Shown piece after piece: positions 1 through 7,035 of a DNA stretch of 18,667 nucleotides (positions are counted from its first letter, which is position 1; each line of letters opens with the position of its first letter). The position numbers and the translations under genes were made by a program. The notes under the pieces were generated by a model. That model was not told the origin of the DNA. It ran no database searches and saw only the letters and a list, made by a program, of their open reading frames with translations. Source of the DNA: a virus (Duplodnaviria > Heunggongvirae > Uroviricota > Caudoviricetes); IMG/VR virus record IMGVR_UViG_2563366869_000001; one strand, given 5' to 3'.

Positions 1-1164
1 TTACGCCTTCTTTATATCCTCCATAATTCCACAGTGGGACATATTTGGGACATTATCACCAAAAATGTCGTCTATTTTCCTTGCATGCTCTGTCAAATGA
101 TTAGGCGCAAGGTGAGCATACCTACGAACCATTTCTATGGACTCCCATCCGCCCATTTCCTGAAGCACAGATAATGGGACGCCTGACTGGATCAGCCAGC
201 TTGCCCAGGTGTGTCTGAGGTCATGGAAACGGAAATCTTCAATTCCTGCACGACGACAAGCTGATAGCCATGATGTCTTGCTGTCGATGCGCATCTTCCT
301 GACCGCAGGCGTTGATGTTCCATCTGCTCGCTTAGCCGCCTTGGTATGTACAAACACCCATTTGTGATGCTTGCCTATTTGATCACGCAACACTTTACAG
401 GCGGTATCGTTCAGCGCCACACCAATGGCGCGGTTTGATTTGCTCTCTTCTGGATTCACCCAGGCAACTCGTCGCTGCATGTCGATTTGTTGCCATTCCA
501 GATTTATGATGTTCGACTTTCTCAGACCAGTTGCCAGCGCAAACTTGACGACAGATTTCAGTGGTTCGGGGCACTCATCAATAAGGCGTTTTGCTTCCTC
601 CTTTTCCAGCCATCTGACTCGCTTGTTTCTGACCGCTGGTATCTTGATGACAGGCGCTTTTTCCAGCCACTTCCAGTCGCGTTCTGCAGCACGGAGAATG
701 GCCTTTATCATGGCAAGATGCTTTGCCTTTGTCTGAGTTGATACTGGCTTTGGTTCATAAACAGGCGGTTCTTTACCTTTCCTGATGGCGGCCTGAACTT
801 TCTGTTTCCATATTTCTTTCGTCTTTCTGTTATGCATTCTGCTTACAGCAGAGTAAATCTTTGCCTCCGAGATATCTTTAAGCCTTATACCCTCAAAATG
901 TTCAAGCCAGAACTCAATCCGGCTTTTATCTGAATCGAGAGATTTTTTATCAGCTTTTTCCTCAAGCCATCTTAGGCAGGCCTCTTCAAAAGTGACATCA
1001 GGTAAATCCCCTAGCTTTTCTACTCGCCAGAGTTCTGCTTTTCGCTTGTCGTGCAACTCCTGAGCTTGCCGCTTGTCCTTTGTGCCAAGAGATTCCTTAA
1101 TTCGTTTCCCGCCCGGGAGCGAATACGAGGCATACCATATTTCATTTCTGCGGAAGAGTGACAT
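1..1164 (-). CDS. int: Tyrosine recombinase, phage integrase (resembles DLP12 IntD from memory)
   Basis: 387-aa ORF; C-terminal catalytic region with HDLRHT...R...Y signature ([19 protein letters not shown]); SD GAGGAAAG upstream of ATG at 1164..1162; stop codon is the first three bases of the window. Confidence 0.93.
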   Translation of the reverse strand: MSLFRRNEIWYASYSLPGGKRIKESLGTKDKRQAQELHDKRKAELWRVEKLGDLPDVTFEEACLRWLEEKADKKSLDSDKSRIEFWLEHFEGIRLKDISEAKIYSAVSRMHNRKTKEIWKQKVQAAIRKGKEPPVYEPKPVSTQTKAKHLAMIKAILRAAERDWKWLEKAPVIKIPAVRNKRVRWLEKEEAKRLIDECPEPLKSVVKFALATGLRKSNIINLEWQQIDMQRRVAWVNPEESKSNRAIGVALNDTACKVLRDQIGKHHKWVFVHTKAAKRADGTSTPAVRKMRIDSKTSWLSACRRAGIEDFRFHDLRHTWASWLIQSGVPLSVLQEMGGWESIEMVRRYAHLAPNHLTEHARKIDDIFGDNVPNMSHCGIMEDIKKA

Positions 1165-1391
1165 TTTCTTTCCTCTGTTATGCCATCACCCGCGCTCACC
1201 TGGACAGTATGCAGCGGAGACTGAAGCGCCGCAATGCAAGCTTGCCGTGTTGTGAGGTAAGGAGATTTTGGCTTGGTTGGATCTTTACGTGTTGCCTGTA
1301 GGCGGCCTGTTCGTATCCAGTTGGTGGCGGTTGGTCTGGATATCTTAAGAAACTGACAGGCCTCATCGAGTGTGAGGCTGTATGGCTCCAT
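1020..1391 (-). CDS. xis: Excisionase-like HTH protein (Xis/AlpA-type), overlapping the int start by about 48 codons
   Basis: Start chosen at [29 protein letters not shown] (HTH-like) with TAATG overlap to the upstream gene; 3' end overlaps int in another frame. True C-terminus uncertain; could be shorter or a pseudogene. Confidence 0.6.
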   Translation of the reverse strand: MEPYSLTLDEACQFLKISRPTATNWIRTGRLQATRKDPTKPKSPYLTTRQACIAALQSPLHTVQVSAGDGITEERKCHSSAEMKYGMPRIRSRAGNELRNLLAQRTSGKLRSCTTSEKQNSGE

Positions 1392-1696
1392 TATTTCACC
1401 TCTTGCTGTGTCATTGTTGAAAAATGGATACCAGCTCGTTGCTGCCAGACGATCCAACCGAGAGTCATATCCCATGCCATGTATTCGTTATCGCCGTTTT
1501 TTGCTCTCCGACGATCTACTAAGTCACCGAAACGCTTTTCCATGAATAATTCATAGGCTTCGCGTTCAACTGGCTCTACTTCCAGAGATACGAGTGCGAT
1601 TTCATAAGCACGGCGCTCAATATCGTCTCGAACCTCTAGGCTGCTGATTCGTTCTTTGATTTCTTTAATCAGTTCTTTATTGGTAAATGTGGTCAT
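1391..1696 (-). CDS. Hypothetical phage protein (101 aa)
   Basis: ORF translationally coupled on both sides by stop/start overlaps within the leftward operon; no recognisable motif. Confidence 0.6.
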   Translation of the reverse strand: MTTFTNKELIKEIKERISSLEVRDDIERRAYEIALVSLEVEPVEREAYELFMEKRFGDLVDRRRAKNGDNEYMAWDMTLGWIVWQQRAGIHFSTMTQQEVK

Positions 1697-2058
1697 TATG
1701 CTCCAGCCTCCGGTGCTTTTGGCATTACTGCCCAGTGAGTGATATTGACGTTTTCAAGGTCCCCGACCTGAAATGTCCACTGCCATTCTCCGGTTTCTTT
1801 TTGTCCCCAGGTGTACCAGAGAGAACGCCAGCCAATCAGCCAGCCTTCTCCATTAGCATCAAATAACAGAACACTTTCATTTGCTGGTGGCAGTTCAGCT
1901 GACACTGGTATTATTTTGTTTTCCAGTGCCGCACATTTAGCTTCAAGCGCGTCGAATTTACGTACCAGGTACTCAGCATTTGTTTCGTTCACTTTCAGAT
2001 CTCGCGGTACACATTTCCCGCGAAGAAACCCTTCCATTTCGAAAACATTCATGCGCAT
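1696..2058 (-). CDS. Hypothetical phage protein (120 aa), possibly DUF551-like
   Basis: ORF with 10-nt overlap to the upstream gene and 1-nt overlap to the downstream gene; Trp-rich C-terminal half. Family guess is from memory only. Confidence 0.6.
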   Translation of the reverse strand: MRMNVFEMEGFLRGKCVPRDLKVNETNAEYLVRKFDALEAKCAALENKIIPVSAELPPANESVLLFDANGEGWLIGWRSLWYTWGQKETGEWQWTFQVGDLENVNITHWAVMPKAPEAGA

Positions 2059-2585
2059 TTGCGTAACTCCGATAAATCGTTAAAACGTTCCATAAACATC
2101 CCGTAGGCATGACCCGGTGCCAGTGGAATCACGTTGAACATCTCTGTTGCCGGGATGCCTTCCAGTACAGGCCAGAAAGAGCCATCATCAAGCCCGAGAT
2201 CGCGGCGTTCGGTTGCCAGCATGATGAGATCGGCATATTTCACGGGTGTACTCATAACTGGGGGTAACCCGTATTTCTCACGGATTACGGCGTCTATTTT
2301 TTCTTCCATCCGTTTATAGTCAGGAAGAAGGCGTTTCAGTGGTGCGGGAATGTCCTGGCAATACGCTTCTGTTGCATCATGCATTAACGCTTCAAAAGCA
2401 AATTCCTGCGGCACCAGCTGGCTGCAAAGAACCGCATGTTGGGCGACGCTGTAGAAGTGCGAAAGATGACCGGCAAAGCGACAGATATTTGAAAGGGAAA
2501 CCGCGATATCGTTAATATCGATGTCGTCTTTATTTATCTTGTCATAATAAAAATGCTTCCCGGAAAAAGTTTTAATAAATGACAT
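2049..2585 (-). CDS. HD-domain phosphohydrolase (YfdR-like, CPS-53 prophage family)
   Basis: His/Asp motifs (FAGHLSHFYSVAQHAV, EALMHDATEAY) typical of HD hydrolases; start at internal ATG 2585..2583 with SD GGAG, giving MSFIKTFSGKHFYY (178 aa). Confidence 0.8.
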   Translation of the reverse strand: MSFIKTFSGKHFYYDKINKDDIDINDIAVSLSNICRFAGHLSHFYSVAQHAVLCSQLVPQEFAFEALMHDATEAYCQDIPAPLKRLLPDYKRMEEKIDAVIREKYGLPPVMSTPVKYADLIMLATERRDLGLDDGSFWPVLEGIPATEMFNVIPLAPGHAYGMFMERFNDLSELRKCA

Positions 2586-2678
2586 TTTGTTCTCCACGTA
2601 TATGCACTGCACCGCGCTGAATTCTGGTAAAAGGAAGCCCTCACCATCCGGTGATTATTGAGTTAATTACGTTTCCAT

Positions 2679-2700
2679 AAATGCCCCCGCAGGGGCATTT
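2679..2700 (-). other. Intergenic stem-loop (9-bp stem AAATGCCCC/GGGGCATTT, 4-nt loop) between yfdQ-like and yfdR-like genes
   Basis: Perfect inverted repeat seen directly; no strong U-tract on either strand, so more likely an RNA processing or stability element or attenuator than a strong terminator. Confidence 0.3.
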
Positions 2701-2712
2701 GCAGTAATGAAA

Positions 2713-3537
2713 TCAGGCGGTGAAAGTACCAATAAAGGTTTCTACTTTGCTGTCTTTGAATTTCTCAACAAGCAGATCACGAAATTCGTTAGCCATTTCT
2801 TCCTGCACCGCTTCCAGCTGAATAATGCGCAGAACCAGTACAGGACGATCGCCAGTGATAATGCTGAGGCGTAATTTAAACGGACGTTCTTTCAGACCTT
2901 CAAACGGAACGCATTTAAATTCAAATGCCACTGGCATAATGTCTTTGGTCTTCGCTTCGACAGACTCCATCAGGGAGCGTTTGCCGCTGAAGTCATTATC
3001 TTCAAAATCAGCGGTCTGGTTTGCTTCAATCGTGATTTTACGGACTGCCGCAGCCGCTTTTGTTGCTTGAATGGCGTCACCATTAGCATCAAAGCCCACA
3101 AGGTAGTCGGCCCAGTCTTCGATCCATTCTGCCAGTGACTTCTGGGAGTTACGCTCGCCGTTAACAGACAACAGAGCAGAGAACGGTGCTGTCTTTTTCA
3201 GTTTGAGAGTGGCAGTGTTATCTGCGTGACCTGGCTCATCAATAGTACCCAGGTTAAGCACACTGACGGCACGCATATTATCGGCATCGATAAAGCAGCG
3301 GGTGCCTTCATCTGCAAGATCTTTAGAATAACGGGTAAAATCATCGATGCTGGCAGTGGAAAGTGCACCACGGAAACGGAAGCGATTTAAATTAAATTTT
3401 TCCAGATCATGAATGCGGAAATTCTCAGGCAATGCCACAGCATCGGCACCAATCTTACTGATAATTTCATTAACACCCTGAGCAGAAATAAGGGCATGGA
3501 TTTGATTAATTGCGGTTGCGTCTAAGTTCTGAGACAT
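2713..3537 (-). CDS. YfdQ-like protein (DUF2303 family), 274 aa
   Basis: Full-length ORF with SD GAGGA 7 nt upstream; sequence recalled as similar to E. coli CPS-53 prophage YfdQ. Confidence 0.8.
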   Translation of the reverse strand: MSQNLDATAINQIHALISAQGVNEIISKIGADAVALPENFRIHDLEKFNLNRFRFRGALSTASIDDFTRYSKDLADEGTRCFIDADNMRAVSVLNLGTIDEPGHADNTATLKLKKTAPFSALLSVNGERNSQKSLAEWIEDWADYLVGFDANGDAIQATKAAAAVRKITIEANQTADFEDNDFSGKRSLMESVEAKTKDIMPVAFEFKCVPFEGLKERPFKLRLSIITGDRPVLVLRIIQLEAVQEEMANEFRDLLVEKFKDSKVETFIGTFTA

Positions 3538-3602
3538 AATAAGTCCTCACTATATAAAGATATTCAGTGATGAGATAAATAATCAGTTTATTACGAACGA
3601 TA

Positions 3603-3965
3603 TTAACGACCTGCTGCGCGGAGTTTTCCGTCAGGTTCACCGGCAAGAGTCAGTAATTGTCCCTGGTCTTCCTGCAGAATAGTCAGGCGACCACCGCGAT
3701 TGACATACATCGGCGTTTCGGTGGTGTCTTCTTCGGAAATTTTCCCGCGGTTAGTCGGGCGAATATATGAGAGTTTGTGTTTGATTTTCACACGGTTCTC
3801 ATCAAATGGTTCGATTTCCAGGTTGAGTGAGACCTTACCTTTGGTTTTCGTGTTCATCACACCGGAAGCGACTTCACTGAGAACTGCGCCGATTTTGGTT
3901 TCAAATACGCCGCCGTCCAGCTCCCCGATAAATGCCTGCACATCAGTACTGCGTTCGCTAGCCAT
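3603..3965 (-). CDS. YfdP-like small protein (120 aa)
   Basis: Start assigned to ATG 3965..3963 (MASERSTDVQ...) preceded by SD GAGGAG at 7-nt spacing; the longer upstream extension in the ORF track has non-protein-like composition. Confidence 0.75.
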   Translation of the reverse strand: MASERSTDVQAFIGELDGGVFETKIGAVLSEVASGVMNTKTKGKVSLNLEIEPFDENRVKIKHKLSYIRPTNRGKISEEDTTETPMYVNRGGRLTILQEDQGQLLTLAGEPDGKLRAAGR

Positions 3966-4013
3966 TTTGCTGCTCCTCATCATATCGACCCTGCAAGGCC
4001 GATTAGTTTCTCC

Positions 4014-4102
4014 ACAAAACAGAGAAGAACACCTGTGGTGGCCGCCGCCCGGATGGATTGGGTTATGAGCCCGTCGTCCGGTGATGCTCTTCTCTGTTTT
4101 GT
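4014..4102. repeat. 15-bp perfect inverted repeat (ACAAAACAGAGAAGA / TCTTCTCTGTTTTGT) enclosing a 59-bp GC-rich segment
   Basis: Arms at 4014..4028 and 4088..4102 are exact reverse complements; lies in a non-coding leader upstream of the leftward operon. Confidence 0.7.
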
Positions 4103-4110
4103 AAAAAGGA

Positions 4111-4147
4111 CGGTACCAGCCGGAAGCAAGGGTACAAGCTGGTACCG
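4111..4147. repeat. 10-bp inverted repeat (CGGTACCAGC / GCTGGTACCG) with 17-nt loop
   Basis: Seen directly at 4111..4120 and 4138..4147; adjacent to three GGTGCC direct repeats (4175..4197) and a GCCTGG/CCAGGC stem (4195..4219). Confidence 0.6.
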
Positions 4148-4373
4148 CCAGGACTACACACAGCATAAAGTTGTGGTGCCGGGTGCCTCCCGGTGCCTGG
4201 CGAAGGTTGCACACCAGGCGGGTGGGTATCCACAGAAGGTCGACTGTCAGCCTCAACCTTAACCCGCGTGCGCTGAGCCGCATTCACCACAACGCTAAGG
4301 ATTCTCTCTGGTTGAAAATACTTAGCTGTTATGTGCCTGCTTTTAGCCACATCAGGCGAGGTGGACCTGGTTA

Positions 4374-4421
4374 TTCCCCAACAACAAGGATTCGGTTAAT
4401 CTGGATATCCCCAACAACAAT
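4374..4421 (+). repeat. Two direct copies of TCCCCAACAACAA spaced 34 bp apart, immediately upstream of the orf164 start
   Basis: Exact 13-mer at 4374..4386 and 4408..4420; the second copy ends about 14 nt before the candidate GTG start. Confidence 0.6.
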
Positions 4422-4434
4422 AAGAGTATTCAAT

Positions 4435-4950
4435 GTGATCGCTGAATTAACGGCAGCAATGACGGCTATTCGTGAAACAGCCCAGATTGCAAAACTAATG
4501 AACGAGGCAAAAACTCAAGCTGAAGTAAATGCGGCTATTGGTGAGCTGAACTCAAAGCTTGCGTCTATTCAGCGCGAATGCGTGTCTCTCGTTGAACTGG
4601 TGGGCTCTTATCAAGAAATAAATGCTTCTCTCAAAGCTAAAATTGCAGAATTCGAAAACTTTGAGGCTCAGACGGAAGGCTATATCCTTAACCAACTTGA
4701 GTCGGGTACTTTTGTATACTCGAAGGAGGTAATCGTGAACGGTGGCAGCATAACCATGCATCTTTGCCCAAAATGTTTTGGACAAAAGATAGTATCGATA
4801 CTTCAACCATTCCCGGTTAGCGAAGATGAGCTTTTTCATAAAAGCAGGTGCCTCCACTGTGAAAATAAGTTTCTGATGAATAAAAATCCGGATTACGTAT
4901 CGCCTCCATCCATTGAGGAGTTGTCCAGAAAACTTAACGGCAATCTGTAG
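4435..4950 (+). CDS. Hypothetical protein: N-terminal coiled-coil-like region plus C-terminal C4 zinc-ribbon (CPKC-x24-CLHC); convergent to cI
   Basis: Protein-like composition begins near GTG 4435 (AAGAG SD at 8-nt spacing) or ATG 4459; the upstream part of the track ORF (from 4171) is Arg/His/Trp-rich and GC-rich, so likely non-coding. Start is uncertain. Confidence 0.6.
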   Translation: MIAELTAAMTAIRETAQIAKLMNEAKTQAEVNAAIGELNSKLASIQRECVSLVELVGSYQEINASLKAKIAEFENFEAQTEGYILNQLESGTFVYSKEVIVNGGSITMHLCPKCFGQKIVSILQPFPVSEDELFHKSRCLHCENKFLMNKNPDYVSPPSIEELSRKLNGNL

Positions 4951-4987
4951 ATTACTACTGTTGTGGATATCCAGATTGTTAAAGAGC

Positions 4988-5012
4988 TAAGCGTCCTGTA
5001 GGGCGCTTTTTT
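4988..5012 (+). terminator. Rho-independent terminator downstream of orf164
   Basis: Stem AGCGTCC/GGGCGCT with 4-nt loop followed by TTTTTT, 38 nt after the TAG stop at 4948..4950; oriented for plus-strand transcripts only. Confidence 0.65.
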
Positions 5013-5094
5013 GTTGCTAACGAATCATCCTGGACTTCATATGCCCCAGGCGGCTACTTCGTGGGCGTCCTGCCTGTTCGTTATCTTTGATATA

Positions 5095-5124
5095 AAATCT
5101 AACTTAACTTAGTTATCATGACAA
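5095..5124 (-). promoter_or_regulatory. Candidate pL-like leftward promoter with overlapping operator motif AACTTAGTT
   Basis: On the minus strand: -35 TTGTCA (5124..5119), 18-bp spacer, -10 TAGATT (5100..5095); the 9-mer AACTTAGTT (5106..5114) in the spacer recurs at the pR side (5883..5891). By-eye prediction. Confidence 0.35.
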
Positions 5125-5177
5125 GAGAAAACACCAAACTTTTCTTGGTTCGGTGCCTTAGTTAGAGAAGAGAGGTC

Positions 5178-5804
5178 TTAGAGTTCGTATTGAACTCCTT
5201 TGACTACACCAATGATAAGGCAATTACCATTGATAGGGATGTTGGGATACCGAGGATTTAATGGCACTAAAAACTTTTGAGGGCCATCGATGACTAATTT
5301 TTTTACTGTAGCTTCGTTTGTTCCATCAAGTCGAGCGATGACTATTTTTCCATGACGAGGTTCTGCATCTGGATCTACAATCACTGTTGCGCCTTCTGGT
5401 ATTGTTGGGAGGCCATTAGGGTTAGTCATGGAGTCACCTTTAACCTCTAATGCAAATGAGTTATCACCAACCTTTAATGATGTATCTACCCACTTGTCCA
5501 CTTCACTAAACACTTCTGCTGCCCTGCACTCAGTAAACTGCCCAGCCTGAACCCACGATATTACAGGAACTCTGCGCATGTTTGTGACGAGTTTGCCTTC
5601 AAACTCAGCACCGTAAAGAATGTAATCTATTGACGTATTGAAGAACTTCGCTAATTTCGAAAGTGCCTCCCCGCCAGGGGTATTGATGTCTTTCTCCCAG
5701 TACCCCACAGCAACGTCGCTTACTCCACAAAATTTACCCAATTCTTTCTGGGACGTTCTGGTAACTCTTCTCAGAGCTTTTATACGCTGACCAACCGTTT
5801 CCAT
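5178..5804 (-). CDS. CI-like prophage repressor (N-terminal HTH plus C-terminal LexA/S24-type autopeptidase domain)
   Basis: 208-aa ORF; HTH near QKELGKFCGVSDVAVGYWE; C-terminal region with Ser (GDSM) and Lys (TVKKL) spaced as in the S24 catalytic dyad; divergent from a cro-like gene. Confidence 0.9.
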   Translation of the reverse strand: METVGQRIKALRRVTRTSQKELGKFCGVSDVAVGYWEKDINTPGGEALSKLAKFFNTSIDYILYGAEFEGKLVTNMRRVPVISWVQAGQFTECRAAEVFSEVDKWVDTSLKVGDNSFALEVKGDSMTNPNGLPTIPEGATVIVDPDAEPRHGKIVIARLDGTNEATVKKLVIDGPQKFLVPLNPRYPNIPINGNCLIIGVVKGVQYEL

Positions 5805-5826
5805 AGGAGCACCATTTCTTTAATCG

Positions 5827-5891
5827 CTAAGTAATCTTAGTTTTTATTGACCAAAGATAGATTTGTAATTAGCATCTAACAAAACTTAGTT
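5827..5891 (+). promoter_or_regulatory. Immunity-region operator/promoter (pR-like; pRM probably overlaps on the opposite strand)
   Basis: Palindrome CTAAGTAATCTTAG (5827..5840); -35 TTGACC (5847..5852), 17-bp spacer, -10 TAGCAT (5870..5875); AACTTAGTT at 5883..5891; cro SD GGAGGG follows. Confidence 0.5.
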
Positions 5892-5901
5892 TGGAGGGCG
5901 T

Positions 5902-6102
5902 ATGACAACTGACGATATCGAAAGCTACTTCGGCAGTATTGAGAAAGTTGCTGCTTTTTTCGGCATAACAACTGAAGCCGTTTATCAGTGGCGAAACCGT
6001 CCGGGCCAGTTAATTCCAAAAGGACGTGCAGCAGAAGCTGCATATAGAACTTGCGGACGGTTGCCATTTAAACCTGAGCTTTATGAAAAATCTAATGGAT
6101 AA
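5902..6102 (+). CDS. Cro-like small HTH regulator (YdaS-like)
   Basis: 66-aa ORF divergent from cI; HTH-like VAAFFGITTEAVYQWRN; strong SD GGAGGG. Confidence 0.85.
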   Translation: MTTDDIESYFGSIEKVAAFFGITTEAVYQWRNRPGQLIPKGRAAEAAYRTCGRLPFKPELYEKSNG

Positions 6103-6691
6103 ATCGATTAACAGAAACCACAGAACGATGAGGCTAACCGTGGGTAAGCATCACTGGAAAGTAGAAAAACAGCCTGAGTGGTACGTGAAAGCTGTCAGAA
6201 AAACTATCGCAAAGTTGCCGGGTGGTTACGCTGAAGCAGCTGACTGGCTGGATGTAACAGAGAACGCATTATTTAACCGCCTTCGTGCCGATGGCGATCA
6301 GATTTTCCCGCTGGGATGGGCAATGATTTTGCAACGTGCTGGTGGAACTCACTTCATTGCTGACGCAGTGGCGCAGTCTGCAAATGGCGTCTTTGTGTCT
6401 CTTCCTGACGTCGAGGATGTGGACAACGCCGATATTAACCAGCGCCTGCTGGAAGTCATTGAACAGATCGGCAGTTATTCAAAACAGATTCGTTCAGCAA
6501 TTGAAGACGGTGTAGTGGAACCGCATGAGAAGACAGCAATTAACGACGAGCTGTACCTCTCAATTTCGAAGCTGCAGGAGCATGCAGCACTGGTCTACAA
6601 AATTTTTTGCATTTCAGAAAGTAATGACGCCCGCGAGTGTGCAGCTCCGGGCGCCGTGGCGTGTCGTGACTGTGGAGAAACTAACGCATGA
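6083..6691 (+). CDS. YdaT-like protein (CII-analog regulator family, from memory)
   Basis: ORF immediately after cro, overlapping its end; start ambiguous between ATG 6083, ATG 6095 and a later Met; followed by an ATGA-coupled downstream gene. Confidence 0.7.
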   Translation: MKNLMDKSINRNHRTMRLTVGKHHWKVEKQPEWYVKAVRKTIAKLPGGYAEAADWLDVTENALFNRLRADGDQIFPLGWAMILQRAGGTHFIADAVAQSANGVFVSLPDVEDVDNADINQRLLEVIEQIGSYSKQIRSAIEDGVVEPHEKTAINDELYLSISKLQEHAALVYKIFCISESNDARECAAPGAVACRDCGETNA

Positions 6692-7026
6692 ACAGTTTAA
6701 CAACACACTACCGTCGCTCGCAACTGATTGCGCTTCCTGTACCGGGTGGAAAAGCGAAGGTGGAATATTGCTATGCAGTGAATGTACCAGGTGACAGGGA
6801 AATTGTAACCCACAGCTTTGCAGAGTGGGCTGTGGGTGATTTCAACCGGCAGAAGGAGACAGTCCTTTGCGACAAGTTAACCGCTGGTTCAAAGATCACT
6901 ACGGAGTACCCGTCAGAGTCATTCGTTGGGAGCCGGAAACACAACGGGTTATCTACCTCCGCGAAGGCTATGAGCATGAGTGCTTCAGCCCGCTCGAACA
7001 GTTTCGTCGTAAATTCAGGGAAATAG
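6688..7026 (+). CDS. Hypothetical protein (112 aa)
   Basis: ATG overlaps the ydaT-like stop (ATGA coupling); ends 9 nt before the SD of the O-like gene; no recognisable motif; overlapping alternative-frame ORFs exist. Confidence 0.45.
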   Translation: MNSLTTHYRRSQLIALPVPGGKAKVEYCYAVNVPGDREIVTHSFAEWAVGDFNRQKETVLCDKLTAGSKITTEYPSESFVGSRKHNGLSTSAKAMSMSASARSNSFVVNSGK

Positions 7027-7035
7027 AGGTCGGTC

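Noticed and set aside
1-60. tRNA or att site at the left edge next to int
   Set aside because: The window begins exactly at the int stop codon; nothing to the left is visible.
425-741. Two plus-strand ORFs (103 and 84 aa) inside the integrase gene
   Set aside because: Fully antisense to a well-supported integrase CDS, with low-complexity Ser/Phe/Cys-rich translations and no RBS; likely frame artefacts.
4014-4102. Miniature inverted-repeat transposable element or IS remnant defined by the 15-bp terminal inverted repeat
   Set aside because: No flanking target-site duplication and no transposase; cannot be excluded without genome-wide copy search, but an RNA structural element fits the context better.
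3966-4283. Long N-terminal extension of the YfdP-like ORF (226 aa in the ORF track)
   Set aside because: The extension is Arg/His/Cys/Trp-rich and GC-rich with no RBS, whereas ATG 3965 has a GAGGAG SD and gives a 120-aa product.
4171-4434. Upstream start (ATG 4171) for orf164, giving 259 aa
   Set aside because: The first 88 codons have non-protein-like composition and overlap the structured GC-rich island; protein-like sequence begins near 4435..4459.
4374-4950. Type III toxin-antitoxin (ToxIN-like) system, with the direct repeats as the RNA antitoxin
   Set aside because: Only two repeat copies, not a 34-36-nt tandem array; the ORF has a coiled-coil and zinc ribbon rather than a ToxN/AbiQ-like fold; no terminator between repeats and ORF.
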